Positions 9,371-19,506 of a stretch of DNA of 64,000 bases are shown here, piece after piece. The DNA is taken from positions 1,184,001 to 1,248,000 of the forward strand of contig CAVQBA010000004.1 of the NCBI GenBank assembly GCA_963710605.1. The letters are read 5' to 3'. The DNA is from an uncultured cyanobacterium (GTDB lineage Bacteria; Cyanobacteriota; Cyanobacteriia; Cyanobacteriales; Cyanobacteriaceae). How positions within the stretch are numbered: the first letter of the stretch is position 1; each line of letters starts with the position of its first letter. The translations under genes and the position numbers were made by a program. The notes under the pieces are model-generated. The model searched no databases and had not been told where the DNA came from. It worked only from the letters and a program-made list of their open reading frames with translations.

Positions 9371-9856
9371 TTAAATAATATCGTCAGTTTTAGCTAGATA
9401 TTGAGATACTTCTCCTTTAGTGTTTTTCAGTTGACTAATCATCGATCGAGTAATTAACTTACTTTCTTCTACCAAAATTTTGCCTGAGATAGGATGTAAA
9501 ATACTTTGAGTCGCTCTTCTACCAATCAACTCTTCTACATCATCAATTTCACTTAAATACATTCCCGCAGGAAGTTCGACAACAACACCCTCGGCGATTA
9601 CTCGTGCTTGACAAGCCAAACGAGAGTTCAATTTACAAGTAGTAATCACCCCTAAAGTTCTTTTTTCTCGGCGATTCATTGGTGAAAGTCCTTCCATACC
9701 TTCTTTTACATAGATATGACAAGTCGAACACATTCCCCTACCACCACATTCTCTGGCAATATTTAAATCGTTTTTGAGTAATCCCGATAATAAATTGTCA
9801 TTAGTTTTAATGGTGGTTTCTGTTCCCAAAGTAGCTAAATGAATTGTTTTTACCAT
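9371..9856 (-). CDS. 2Fe-2S ferredoxin with C-terminal extension (Slr0148-like)
   Basis: CGGRGMCSTCH...SRLACQ. Confidence 0.9.
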   Translation of the reverse strand: MVKTIHLATLGTETTIKTNDNLLSGLLKNDLNIARECGGRGMCSTCHIYVKEGMEGLSPMNRREKRTLGVITTCKLNSRLACQARVIAEGVVVELPAGMYLSEIDDVEELIGRRATQSILHPISGKILVEESKLITRSMISQLKNTKGEVSQYLAKTDDII

Positions 9857-9972
9857 TATCTCCTCCCTAATAATTAATAATTAATAATTTTACCAATAAC
9901 TCAACCGTCAAGAAGATTGCTTATTTATACTCATCAATCAGTATCAACGTTTAATCTAAAAACAGAGTTAAT

Positions 9973-10644
9973 TTATACAGCAGACTGGTTAGATAATAAT
10001 GCCAGGATTTGAGAATGTTCATAACTTTCTTCTTCTAGCCATGTTTTAACAACCTCAATTCTAGTTTCTAAACCAATGATAAAAGTGTTATGTTTAGCAC
10101 CCATTGATTCACAACTAGTTTGAATACAAGCTAATTCTTCCCCTGTTAATTGAGTGAAAAAAGAACTTAAAATACCTGCTTCTAATTGACAAGAAAATTC
10201 TTGGTTGTCAGGGGCAGTTTGGGCAAAAGGTGAATTGACAGTGCTAACACTAATCAAACCTTGAGGATAATAATCAAAATCAAAATCAATCACACCCCAA
10301 CCATGTACTTTCCAACATTGTTTAAAACAACTCAAAAAACCCGCCATTTCCATTTGGGCAAGATTTGTTTCGTAATAAGCACTAGTTTCTTCGACAAAAC
10401 GACGATAAAAATTTTTACCCCACCAACGTCCACAGTTGTATAAAACTAACCCCGTAGCTTGTCCTATTTCTTCGTTTAAACCAGCAAATAATCCTTCCAT
10501 GAATACTTCAGGTAAAGCGATTAAACGAGAGCCTTGTCTGGTTTCGAGTAAACCTAATTCAAAATCTCCTTGTACATAAGCAGAAGGTTCAAAATAGTTA
10601 CCTTTTACTGGTTTTTCTTTAATTAAATCAGCGACTGAAAACAT
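9973..10644 (-). CDS. V4R domain protein (Slr0147-like)
   Basis: G..WG..F, W..HGWG, C.LEAGILSSFF, CIQTSCESMG. Confidence 0.85.
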   Translation of the reverse strand: MFSVADLIKEKPVKGNYFEPSAYVQGDFELGLLETRQGSRLIALPEVFMEGLFAGLNEEIGQATGLVLYNCGRWWGKNFYRRFVEETSAYYETNLAQMEMAGFLSCFKQCWKVHGWGVIDFDFDYYPQGLISVSTVNSPFAQTAPDNQEFSCQLEAGILSSFFTQLTGEELACIQTSCESMGAKHNTFIIGLETRIEVVKTWLEEESYEHSQILALLSNQSAV

Positions 10645-10678
10645 TTGTTGTTTCTCCTAATAGATTATTTAGCTCAAC

Positions 10679-11161
10679 TTATGAATTATCAACGGCAACC
10701 AAACTAGTACTTAAATAGTCGTTAGCTTGTGCCAAAAACGGTTTGATATATACCAAGTCTTTTTCGGCAAATAATTTACGTAGTTTGTTAAGTAGTAATG
10801 TATGCAAACTATCGGATATTGACGAAGCTTGATGGGCTTGCACTATATCAGTTAGCCATTCTAGTAAACGACGCTCAAGAAATTCATGATTATTTAATAA
10901 CATTGCCATCGCACAATAACGGCTAATAGTTATCCATTGATGAATACTAGATTGAATTAAAGGTATTTTGTCTTCGGTATATTTTTCAACTAGTTGATTG
11001 GCTACATCCTGAAATATATTAATTTCTTGATCTCTCAAACTTTTGTAAAGATTCATTCTTTGTTTAAGAGTAGATGTTTCTGTTTTTAAATTCTCAATTT
11101 CTTCTGGTTGTAAATATTGAGATTCAGCTTGATGTATTAGTTCTAGTAAAGTTGGGTACAT
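10679..11161 (-). CDS. Phycobiliprotein-like protein (Slr0146-like)
   Basis: AE..YL..EE, RYCAMAMLLNN.EFL..RLLEWL. Confidence 0.75.
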   Translation of the reverse strand: MYPTLLELIHQAESQYLQPEEIENLKTETSTLKQRMNLYKSLRDQEINIFQDVANQLVEKYTEDKIPLIQSSIHQWITISRYCAMAMLLNNHEFLERRLLEWLTDIVQAHQASSISDSLHTLLLNKLRKLFAEKDLVYIKPFLAQANDYLSTSLVAVDNS

Positions 11162-11173
11162 AGTATCGTTTTT

Positions 11174-11572
11174 TTACATTAAATCTGATAAGTCTTGTAA
11201 GTTAAATGTCGATCGAGGTTGAGAATGAATCTGTTTTTCTTGACTCAAGTGAGGTTGTGTACCTATTTGCTTAACTGTTGCATTTCTTTGTTTTTGCCCC
11301 TGCCAGACTATTCTTTGGAAAAACTCTTCTACAGACATTTTCAATGAATAAACAGAGCCACCAGAAACTTCCGAGATACTATCCTCAGCAGAATTAACAG
11401 GTATTCCTTGCCAATTATTAAGCGTAAAATACTCCTCAACAGTTAAACCCAAATGAAGCTCATTTACTGGTTTTGAATTCAATAAAGAAACATCATCATC
11501 AACTAATTTTAACCCTTGCCAATTAGCACTCTGAAAAAAATCCGCTACTGTTTGATTGCCAGAGGATATCAT
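11174..11572 (-). CDS. Hypothetical protein with three V.xFF...xWQG repeats (Slr0145-like)
   Basis: Overlaps stop of upstream V4R gene (coupled); internal repeats visible. Confidence 0.7.
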   Translation of the reverse strand: MISSGNQTVADFFQSANWQGLKLVDDDVSLLNSKPVNELHLGLTVEEYFTLNNWQGIPVNSAEDSISEVSGGSVYSLKMSVEEFFQRIVWQGQKQRNATVKQIGTQPHLSQEKQIHSQPRSTFNLQDLSDLM

Positions 11573-12285
11573 TTGAGATATTCTCCATTAACTAATCTTT
11601 TCTCAATATCTTTAGTTGTTGCTCCTTCGTTTTGCCAAAAAGTTGCCGCATCAATCCGATTTTGTTTACCTAATAAAAATTTACAATAGGTTTCTCCCAT
11701 CGAATAACATTGAATTTCGATACAGTTAAGGTTTTTATTAATAAAAGTACTAAAAAATCCGGCTAATAATCCTGCATAAATATGACAAACAGGTTTACCA
11801 ACATCTCCTAAAGTACGTGCCACCGCCGAATCAAAAATATTAACGAACATAAAGCCATTTTTTTGCTCGCTTAAATCTACATCCCAATTACCCCATCCTT
11901 GAGCTGTAAATGGCCACCACCATGCTTCTAATACATAGAGTAGATTAATTTCATGAATAGTTTTCTCGTATTGAAATTCTTGCTCGAACCATTTTTCAAA
12001 AAATTTAGCATCTCTAACGCCCCATGCTTTACCGATGTTATACATGACGACACTAGAAGCTGAGCCGACTTCTTCTTCTAATCCTTCAATTAAACCGATG
12101 ATAAATTCTTCACTAACTAATACATTGCGAGATTCATTCCAATCGGTAATACTACCTTTGTTTGTGTCAAAATTGAAAAAGTCTCCGACTGTATAGTGAG
12201 CGTGTTTTTGAGGATATTTACTTTTTAACAAATTACGGTTGATGGCATCAACTACTTTAGTTGGCTTTGCAGGTGTAAATGTCAT
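11569..12285 (-). CDS. V4R domain protein (Slr0144-like), first gene of Pap-like operon
   Basis: WWWPFTAQGWG, DSAVARTLGDVGKPVCHIYAGL, CIEIQCYSMGETYCKF. Confidence 0.9.
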   Translation of the reverse strand: MTFTPAKPTKVVDAINRNLLKSKYPQKHAHYTVGDFFNFDTNKGSITDWNESRNVLVSEEFIIGLIEGLEEEVGSASSVVMYNIGKAWGVRDAKFFEKWFEQEFQYEKTIHEINLLYVLEAWWWPFTAQGWGNWDVDLSEQKNGFMFVNIFDSAVARTLGDVGKPVCHIYAGLLAGFFSTFINKNLNCIEIQCYSMGETYCKFLLGKQNRIDAATFWQNEGATTKDIEKRLVNGEYLK

Positions 12286-12994
12286 TATTTATTTACCAGT
12301 TTGTAATATATTTATTTTTTTATTTTAATTTAGACAATCACGTTTTAACTCAAAGTTAAGTCTCTTTACTCTGGAATAATATAATGTTTATCGTAATTTA
12401 AGGTTGGATAAAGCTATTACCTTCAAAAAAAACTTAAGTTTTGTGTTTTAGATCCAAAATTAATTTTTAGTATAACTATATCTTACCCAAAAAAAAGTAG
12501 AATAAATCACTTTCTAAGCTTTTTGTTTTACTTTCCAAATTTATTTCTATTTCTCAGTTTTTATCAATTTGTAATGTTTTCAAGTATAAATACGTAATTG
12601 TTTCGTACTTAGGTAATTACGAGGCTTAGCTCGGATCTACAAATAGCGTTTAATCATCTTTTTTTCTTGAATAAATATTTGGGTTATATATTTGGCTAAT
12701 ACAGTTATTTGTTAATATTTCTAATACTTATAAAAACAAGCTAATTATTTAAACTTTATTCATTTTAAATCAATATTTTTCGTAGTGAATATTAATTATT
12801 ATTTTTCTATTTTTTATCTTTGCTATTAATAATATGCTTGAGTTTGATTAATAAATAACAAAAAATTTTATTCTTTTTGAAATTTATTAATCTCAGGTTT
12901 AAGAAAATGTAGAACGATTATTCTGTATTTAGCGATCGATCGTAATGGTTATAGGGATGAATAATAATTGTTTTAAAAGCATCGCAATTATTTG

Positions 12995-14458
12995 TTAATT
13001 ATCTGCTGATACACCAACCTTTTTTTTCCACTCTTTATCGGTAAAATTTTCATAATACGATCGTTCTACATTTACTTGCCACAAGTCATGATTTTCGCCC
13101 ATAATATTTTTTGCCGCTAATAATCCTGTTAACATAGAATGATCTTGATTATTATAACGGTGCATACCATTACGACCAACTGTTTGTAAATTAGTAAACT
13201 GCTTTAAATACTCCCGAATTACTTGTAAATGAGAGTAATAATCTCGATCGTAAACAGGATAAGCTTTCTTTTGTCGTAACACAGTAGCATCTTTAACCAA
13301 ATCGGCTTTAGCTAAACCCAAACCATCTATTTCTTTAGTTGCTAGAGCGATTAATTCTTCATCATTCGATTCCCAAATACGATCGCCCTCAGAACAAAAA
13401 TACTCCATCCCCAAGCAAGTTTTACTCAAATCAGGAACCATTTTCGGACTCCAATTTTTAAAATTTTGAATTCTACCAACACTAAAATCAGGGCTATGAA
13501 TATAAATCCAATTATCAGGAAATAGTTCAGGTTTATCAATGATTAAAGCCACAATCAAAAAATCTCGGTAACTTAAACCATTACAAGCATCTATAATTTC
13601 TTGAGGCGGTTGAGGATTAAATACTCTGAGTAGAGTAGAAATGGGCATACTAGAGATATAAGATTCAGCTTCGATCGTTTCTCGTTGCTCACCATTTTGT
13701 ACTTGTATCGATGTAATCTTATTATTTTCGTGGTTAATTTGAACAGCTTTGGTATTCATTTTTACTTCACCACCACTATTATCAATACGATCGGCAAAAG
13801 CCTCCCACATTTGTCCTGGCCCTAAAATCGGATAATCAAATTTAGTAATCAAACTTTTAGCATTACTTTTACCCAAAACAGTATTTTTAGCAACTTCTTT
13901 TAGGGACATTCCTTTAATTCTCTGTTGCGCCCACTCTGCTTGTATTTCAGTACAAGGTATGCCCCAAACTTTTTCAGTATATGTTTTAAAGAAAGTATTG
14001 TAAAGTCTTTCACCAAAACTACCGATCACCCATTCTTCAAAATTAGCCGCTTCTTTCTTATCAAATTTTTGTTTAACTTTTTCTCTTAAATAACTCCAGA
14101 TAATTAGATAACTATTAACAACCCCTAGATTAGATAAAGTACTTTTTACCGAAATAGGATAATCAAAAAATTTACCGTCATAAAAGATTCTGGATAATCG
14201 AGGTACTTGAATAAATTTGTCACCCAAAACTTCCTGCCATAATTGATTAACTTCTCCTACTTTAGTAAAAAAGCGATGTCCACCTATATCAAAGCGGTAT
14301 CCTTTATATATTTCAGTTTTAGCAATGCCACCTACTTGATCAGATTGCTCCAAAACTAATGGACTATAATCGTTTTTTACTAATTGATAACCAGCCGTTA
14401 ATCCAGCCGGTCCTCCACCGATAATAATAATTTGTCTTTGCTCACACTTGACATTCAT
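12995..14458 (-). CDS. NAD(P)/FAD-dependent oxidoreductase (UDP-galactopyranose mutase/protoporphyrinogen oxidase-like)
   Basis: IIGGGPAGLTA, FDIGGHRFF, GRNGMHRYNNQDHSM. Confidence 0.85.
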   Translation of the reverse strand: MNVKCEQRQIIIIGGGPAGLTAGYQLVKNDYSPLVLEQSDQVGGIAKTEIYKGYRFDIGGHRFFTKVGEVNQLWQEVLGDKFIQVPRLSRIFYDGKFFDYPISVKSTLSNLGVVNSYLIIWSYLREKVKQKFDKKEAANFEEWVIGSFGERLYNTFFKTYTEKVWGIPCTEIQAEWAQQRIKGMSLKEVAKNTVLGKSNAKSLITKFDYPILGPGQMWEAFADRIDNSGGEVKMNTKAVQINHENNKITSIQVQNGEQRETIEAESYISSMPISTLLRVFNPQPPQEIIDACNGLSYRDFLIVALIIDKPELFPDNWIYIHSPDFSVGRIQNFKNWSPKMVPDLSKTCLGMEYFCSEGDRIWESNDEELIALATKEIDGLGLAKADLVKDATVLRQKKAYPVYDRDYYSHLQVIREYLKQFTNLQTVGRNGMHRYNNQDHSMLTGLLAAKNIMGENHDLWQVNVERSYYENFTDKEWKKKVGVSADN

Positions 14459-15093
14459 AGAATAATTAAATAATTTTTTTTTGGTTCGAGAGTTTCTACC
14501 TTTTGTTTTTATAATCGCGTCTAAATCGTAATCAGTAGTAAATTTTATTACTTGTATGTTACGCTTATTCGGTCTAAAAACAAGAGTTATGGTGACTTTC
14601 TAATTTTGCTTGATATTTACATATTAATATACAACAAATAACTATTTTTAGAATAGCGTGGGCTACAAAAACAGGAAAAATATTGTACTTAAGCAAAAAA
14701 CTTTTAACTACAAAGATAAAACAGTTTTATTAAATATTAGGTATGATTTGATAAATAGTTAATCTGAAACAAAATTTAATTATAATTTGATTGACACTTT
14801 GATAAATTATTTATGACTATCAAATTGATATAGCTAGTTTATTGAAAAGGTCGATCGATTAATTAACAATCAATCTTGATCAACTTTAACTAATAGTTTA
14901 TCTATTTATTAAAATTATCATTGCGAGATTTAACTACTATGAAAATTGATTTTATTTATTTAATAGTTAAGTATGAAAAATATTAAATATGTAGCTACTC
15001 AGCTAATTTTTACGGATAGTTATGATCAAAATTGAAAAAGTATTGACAAAACTAATTAAGTTATTTTTATTAATGATCGTAACAGTCAATCTT

Positions 15094-15501
15094 CTAGCGA
15101 ATTTTATGGACATCAATCACATGGAATTCATTAAAGACACCAATTGTTTGAAACTCGTATAAGTAAAGATTAGTTTCATACACACTAAAAAGAAGAAAAT
15201 TTTGGCGTTGAGTATTTTGTGCAACAAGATTTGGTATTTTCGCTCTACCTGTATCTAATAATAAATTACAAACCTGATTTTTAATTATTTGTTCTAAATT
15301 TGCTGATTCTGAAGAGCAAACATTTTCTTTAGCGTAAATAACTAATTGCTCGGTGGCAAATTCTTCATATTTTTGACTAGAAGGATTGGTAAACATGAAG
15401 ATTACACTGGTGACTAAAACTAATCCACCGCCAAATTTAAAAATACAAGAATAAGGATTAGATTGATCAGGAGGGAATGAATTCATAAAAAAATAGAGCA
15501 A
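15094..15501 (-). CDS. DUF4359 domain protein
   Basis: TNP..Y..FA..L, T.RQNFLLFSVY.T, F.TIGVF..F. Confidence 0.75.
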   Translation of the reverse strand: MLYFFMNSFPPDQSNPYSCIFKFGGGLVLVTSVIFMFTNPSSQKYEEFATEQLVIYAKENVCSSESANLEQIIKNQVCNLLLDTGRAKIPNLVAQNTQRQNFLLFSVYETNLYLYEFQTIGVFNEFHVIDVHKIR

Positions 15502-15553
15502 TTACTGGATCATCTTTAAAAAAGTGGTTATAATAATAAACTGTAAGAAGTAT

Positions 15554-15628
15554 GGCGAGCGTGGCCAAGTGGTTAAGGCGTCGGTTTGTGGTACCGATAT
15601 TTCGCGGGTTCGATTCCCGTCGTTCGCC
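15554..15628 (+). tRNA. trnH: tRNA-His (GTG), G-1 encoded, CCA not encoded
   Basis: Acceptor GCGAGCG/CGTTCGC, D-arm GCCAAGTGGTTAAGGC, anticodon arm TCGGT-TTGTGGT-ACCGA, T-loop GGTTCGATTCC. Confidence 0.97.
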
Positions 15629-15692
15629 CTTTATTTAATCTATAACGAGTATAGCTAATATTTGTCTGCCTGCTAGGAATGTATAGATTTGT

Positions 15693-16008
15693 TTAGGTAA
15701 TATTAGATACAGCCATTTGTTGCCAATACTGATTGGTCGCTGATTCTAAATTGAGACTATTTAAAAAAGTAATAACTCGAGCGAGATTCCAGATTAAAGT
15801 ATCTTCAAAATCGATCGATTCTATCCTAATTGCCTGAAACAAAATTTCTTGTATCAACTCAGTCGTCAAAATAATATTTTTAGCTTCTAACCAGATTTGT
15901 CGATCGAGTATTGTCAAATTTATTAGCTTGTGCTTCGATCGTTATAGCCGTTATCAAACCACAAACAACCAACATTAAATACAAATTAAAATTTTTTCTC
16001 ATGTTCAT
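15693..16008 (-). pseudogene. Possible small secreted protein, frameshifted near 15916-15918
   Basis: Signal-peptide-like MNMRKNFNLYLMLVVCGLITAITIEAQA from 16008 joins the 74-aa ORF if one base is removed. Confidence 0.35.
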
Positions 16009-16094
16009 GACTAAATTTTTTTAATTATGGCTTTCTTGCCCAATAATTACTCTTTAATTCTCCCCGAATAATTGCTCGAAGAGCAAGAATTCAT

Positions 16095-16132
16095 CTCCAT
16101 TCTCCATTCTCCATTCTCCATTCTCCATTCTT
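16095..16132. repeat. Heptamer tandem repeat (TCTCCAT)x5
   Basis: Read directly, just downstream of DMT gene stop. Confidence 0.9.
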
Positions 16133-16134
16133 CT

Positions 16135-17154
16135 TCATCCGACTCCTTTATAAGCGATCGATTCATTCAATTCTTTATCATTAGGAGGTATGTTATCCAT
16201 AGCTTCTTGTTTTCTTAATTTAGTCAAACCAATTTGATTGAGAATAATTCCCACCACAATCACTGCACCGCCCATATATTGAGCGATAGTTGGTGCTTCT
16301 CTTAAGATTAAAAAAGCCGCTAATACACCGACAAGAGGATTAAAAGCAGTCGCCAAAGAAATTTCACTAGCACTACTTAATTTCAAACCCGTAAACCAAG
16401 CTAACTGTCCACCAACGACGATAACAGCACTATAAAGAAGCATCCACTGCCATAAAAAAGGCTGTGCTACGTCAGTAAAGTGATCAGGAGGAAAAAGAAT
16501 CAAAACAGCAATAAAAAAGAAAATAGTGCCAATTATCATCCGATAAACACTAAAAATACCCAGAGGTACTTCCTTTAAACTAATTTTACTAATCACATTA
16601 GCGATCGCTTTAAATATCGCCGCCACAAAAGTAAAAATTTCTCCCAAACCAAAATTAAAACCCATCATACTCATCATTTCATCGGCAGGAGGTTGGAGTA
16701 AAACCGTTAAGGTAACACCAATAAATGCGACTACAGCACCTGCAATAATCCATTTATTTACTTTTTCGCCTAACAATAATACCGAGATAGCTAAAACTAA
16801 AGGAGTGTCAATTTGTCCGATCAAAATTACGTTATTAACAGCAGTAATTTCTAACGCCATAAAAACTAAAGTAGGCACGATCGCCGCCCCTAAGACAGCT
16901 ACAATAGTCATGTTAAACCATTGTTTACCACTAATTTGCTTAAGTAAATGTCCTCGCCACTGCCCTTGATAAATAATTAACAATAAAATCAAGGCACATA
17001 AATTACCGACAAACAAGACATTACAAAATGAAATTGGATTACGCCCATCAACTAAATTTTCTGCTCCAACATCGGTTAATTTGCGAGTTACAGCATTTGC
17101 CGCCCCAAAAATAACGATCGCAATCATCAAATAAACTCTACCCATAGCAAACAA
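16135..17154 (-). CDS. DMT/EamA family transporter
   Basis: ~10 TM segments, two EamA halves (LLLGEKV, LILREAP). Confidence 0.85.
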   Translation of the reverse strand: MFAMGRVYLMIAIVIFGAANAVTRKLTDVGAENLVDGRNPISFCNVLFVGNLCALILLLIIYQGQWRGHLLKQISGKQWFNMTIVAVLGAAIVPTLVFMALEITAVNNVILIGQIDTPLVLAISVLLLGEKVNKWIIAGAVVAFIGVTLTVLLQPPADEMMSMMGFNFGLGEIFTFVAAIFKAIANVISKISLKEVPLGIFSVYRMIIGTIFFFIAVLILFPPDHFTDVAQPFLWQWMLLYSAVIVVGGQLAWFTGLKLSSASEISLATAFNPLVGVLAAFLILREAPTIAQYMGGAVIVVGIILNQIGLTKLRKQEAMDNIPPNDKELNESIAYKGVG

Positions 17155-17265
17155 ATCAGTTTTTATTTTTACTCTCTACACAATATGATGAAATGTATTT
17201 TTCTAACTAACGTGAAGTAATAAATGTCATAATCAATATAACGCTTGAACAGCGAACAAAGTACA

Positions 17266-17298
17266 ATTATTAATTATTAATTATTAATTATTAATTAA
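17266..17298. repeat. Heptamer tandem repeat (AATTATT)x4
   Basis: Read directly, just upstream of glcD. Confidence 0.8.
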
Positions 17299-17305
17299 AA
17301 TACGG

Positions 17306-18772
17306 ATGTTTTTATCACCAACTCGGAATAAATGGCAACCAATTATCAAAGAATTAGAAAAAATTCTGGGTAAAGATGGAGTAGTCAAACGTAAAGACGA
17401 ATTACTAACATATGAATGTGACGGTTTACCTCAATATCGTCAACGCCCTGCTTTAGTAACTTTACCCAAAACGACAGAACAAGTTGCTCAAATTGTCAAA
17501 ATATGTAATAAATACGAAATACCTTGGTTAGCTAGAGGGGCAGGTACGGGTTTATCTGGCGGGGCATTACCGATCGAAGATTCCTTAATTATCGTTACCG
17601 CCCGTATGCGTCAAATCTTGGAGGTTGATTACGAAAACCAACATATAGTCGTTCAACCCGGAATCATTAATAATTGGGTAACTCAAGCCGTTAGTGGGGC
17701 AGGTTTTTATTACGCACCCGATCCATCTAGCCAGATCATTTGTTCGATCGGTGGTAATATTGCCGAAAATTCTGGGGGTGTACATTGTCTTAAATACGGT
17801 ACAACCACTAACCATGTCTTAGGCTTAACGATTGTTACCGCCGAAGGCGAAATTATGGAGATAGGCGGTAAAGTAACTGAAATGCCGGGGTTTGACCTGA
17901 CAGGTGTTTTCGTTGGCTCAGAAGGCACATTAGGTATCGCTACAGAGATTACTTTAAAAATACTCAAAACACCAAATAAAATTTGTGTCGTCTTAGCTGA
18001 TTTTAATAGTGTTGAAGAAGCAGGAAGTGCCGTTGCCGCCATTATTCAAGCCGGAATTATTCCCGCTGGGATGGAGATGATGGATAACTTTAGTATTAAT
18101 GCCGTCGAAGATGTAGTAGCTACTGCTTGTTATCCTCGTGATGCTCAAGCTTTATTGTTAGTCGAATTAGATGGCTTAGAAGTTGAAGTTGAAGAGTACA
18201 AAAAAATTGTTGCCGAGCTTTGTCGTGAATGTGGAGCTAGGAGTATTACGACAGCTAGTGATACCGAAACACGATTAAAATTATGGAAAGGTAGAAAAGC
18301 GGCTTTTGCGGCGATGGGTAAGATTAGCCCTGATTATTTTGTACAAGATGGTGTCGTACCTCGATCGAAACTTGCTTCTGTCTTAGCCGAAATTGATACT
18401 TTATCAGAGTCTTATGGTTATCGTATCGCTAATGTTTTCCATGCAGGAGACGGCAATTTACATCCTTTGATTCTTTATGATAATGCAGTAGAAGGTGCAT
18501 TTGAAAAAGTAGAAGAATTAGGCGGAGAGATTCTCAAACTTTGTGTAAAAGTCGGTGGTAGTATCTCAGGTGAGCATGGTATTGGTAGTGATAAGAAAAC
18601 TTACATGGCTGATATGTTTACTTCTGCTGATTTAGAAACTATGCAATATGTCAAAAAAAGTTTTAATCCTCAAGGATTGGCTAATCCGACTAAAATATTC
18701 CCGACTCCTCGTACTTGTGGTGAAGCGGCAAGGGCAAAACAAGTCGAATATAAAGGGGCAAAAGCGTTTTAA
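17306..18772 (+). CDS. glcD: Glycolate oxidase/dehydrogenase FAD subunit GlcD
   Basis: RGAGTGLSGGA, PDPSSQ, GSEGTLG, HAGDGNLHP, GEHGIG. Confidence 0.92.
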   Translation: MFLSPTRNKWQPIIKELEKILGKDGVVKRKDELLTYECDGLPQYRQRPALVTLPKTTEQVAQIVKICNKYEIPWLARGAGTGLSGGALPIEDSLIIVTARMRQILEVDYENQHIVVQPGIINNWVTQAVSGAGFYYAPDPSSQIICSIGGNIAENSGGVHCLKYGTTTNHVLGLTIVTAEGEIMEIGGKVTEMPGFDLTGVFVGSEGTLGIATEITLKILKTPNKICVVLADFNSVEEAGSAVAAIIQAGIIPAGMEMMDNFSINAVEDVVATACYPRDAQALLLVELDGLEVEVEEYKKIVAELCRECGARSITTASDTETRLKLWKGRKAAFAAMGKISPDYFVQDGVVPRSKLASVLAEIDTLSESYGYRIANVFHAGDGNLHPLILYDNAVEGAFEKVEELGGEILKLCVKVGGSISGEHGIGSDKKTYMADMFTSADLETMQYVKKSFNPQGLANPTKIFPTPRTCGEAARAKQVEYKGAKAF

Positions 18773-18774
18773 AC

Positions 18775-18808
18775 AATTGACAATAGACAATGGACAATGG
18801 ACAATTAG
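18775..18808. repeat. Degenerate heptamer repeat (CAATxGA)x4-5
   Basis: caattga caataga caatgga caatgga caattag. Confidence 0.8.
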
Positions 18809-18847
18809 GTATTCGGAATTTTAACTATTAACTATTAACTATCAACT

Positions 18848-19051
18848 ATGTACATGACACCTAAAAGTGGCGTTTTGCTACTTGTTTCTTGTGTTTCGGC
18901 GATCGCTTCTGTAGGTTCTATTTTTGAATTATCTTCTGGGATACCTGAATTAGGACAAACTGTAACAGCAATTATTTTAGCTATAGCTATTCCTGTGACT
19001 GTTACTTCTTTTGTTTTAGCCGTAATCGATGCTAGGGCTAATCTCAAATAA
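18848..19051 (+). CDS. Small two-TM cyanobacterial hypothetical protein
   Basis: 67 aa, SCVSAIASVGSIFELSSG.PELG. Confidence 0.7.
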   Translation: MYMTPKSGVLLLVSCVSAIASVGSIFELSSGIPELGQTVTAIILAIAIPVTVTSFVLAVIDARANLK

Positions 19052-19071
19052 AATTTAAAGATTATTGTAAT

Positions 19072-19181
19072 TATAGCAATTATCACTATTATGAAATACA
19101 AAGAAATCCCCCACGGGTCCCCCTTTGTAAAGGGGACTTATTGATCATTAACTGTACCTCACAAGTATGGGAAACGCTATA
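19072..19181 (-). mobile_element. MITE-like repeat family B, copy 1 (~110 bp, reverse orientation)
   Basis: TATAGC...GCTATA ends with internal CCCCTT..AAGGGG hairpin; matches 22713-22820 and 44619-44726. Confidence 0.8.
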
Positions 19182-19396
19182 TAAATTGTTTTTAAATCAA
19201 TAAAAAAGCGATCGTTAACTACTTAAAAAGAACAAAACGATCGCTTAAACTATTTTTTAATTATTACTATAGCAATTCTCAGTTTCATAAGATACAGGCT
19301 AATCCCCCACTCATCCCATCTCCCTTGCCCCCGCACGTTCGGCAGGGCTGTTTCATTCTCAAAAAGAAGAAAATAAATAGCTAGAAGCTATTATTA

Positions 19397-19433
19397 CTCC
19401 CCTCTCCTCGCAGGAGAGGGGTTGGGGGTGAGG
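19397..19433. repeat. REP-like GC-rich hairpin
   Basis: CTCCCCTCTCCT-CGC-AGGAGAGGGGTTGGGGGTGAGG. Confidence 0.75.
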
Positions 19434-19506
19434 TAATAATGAGTAAGAAGTATTGCCAATTGTCAATTCTTTTTCATCCTTCATCCTTACTTGTTAGTAT
19501 TTTTGT

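Noticed and set aside
14538-14551. NtcA-like site GTA-N8-TAC upstream of the FAD oxidoreductase
   Set aside because: No properly spaced TAN3T -10 box, and the motif is expected by chance in AT-rich DNA
15629-16100. Integrative island at tRNA-His
   Set aside because: No integrase and no duplicated tRNA 3' end found
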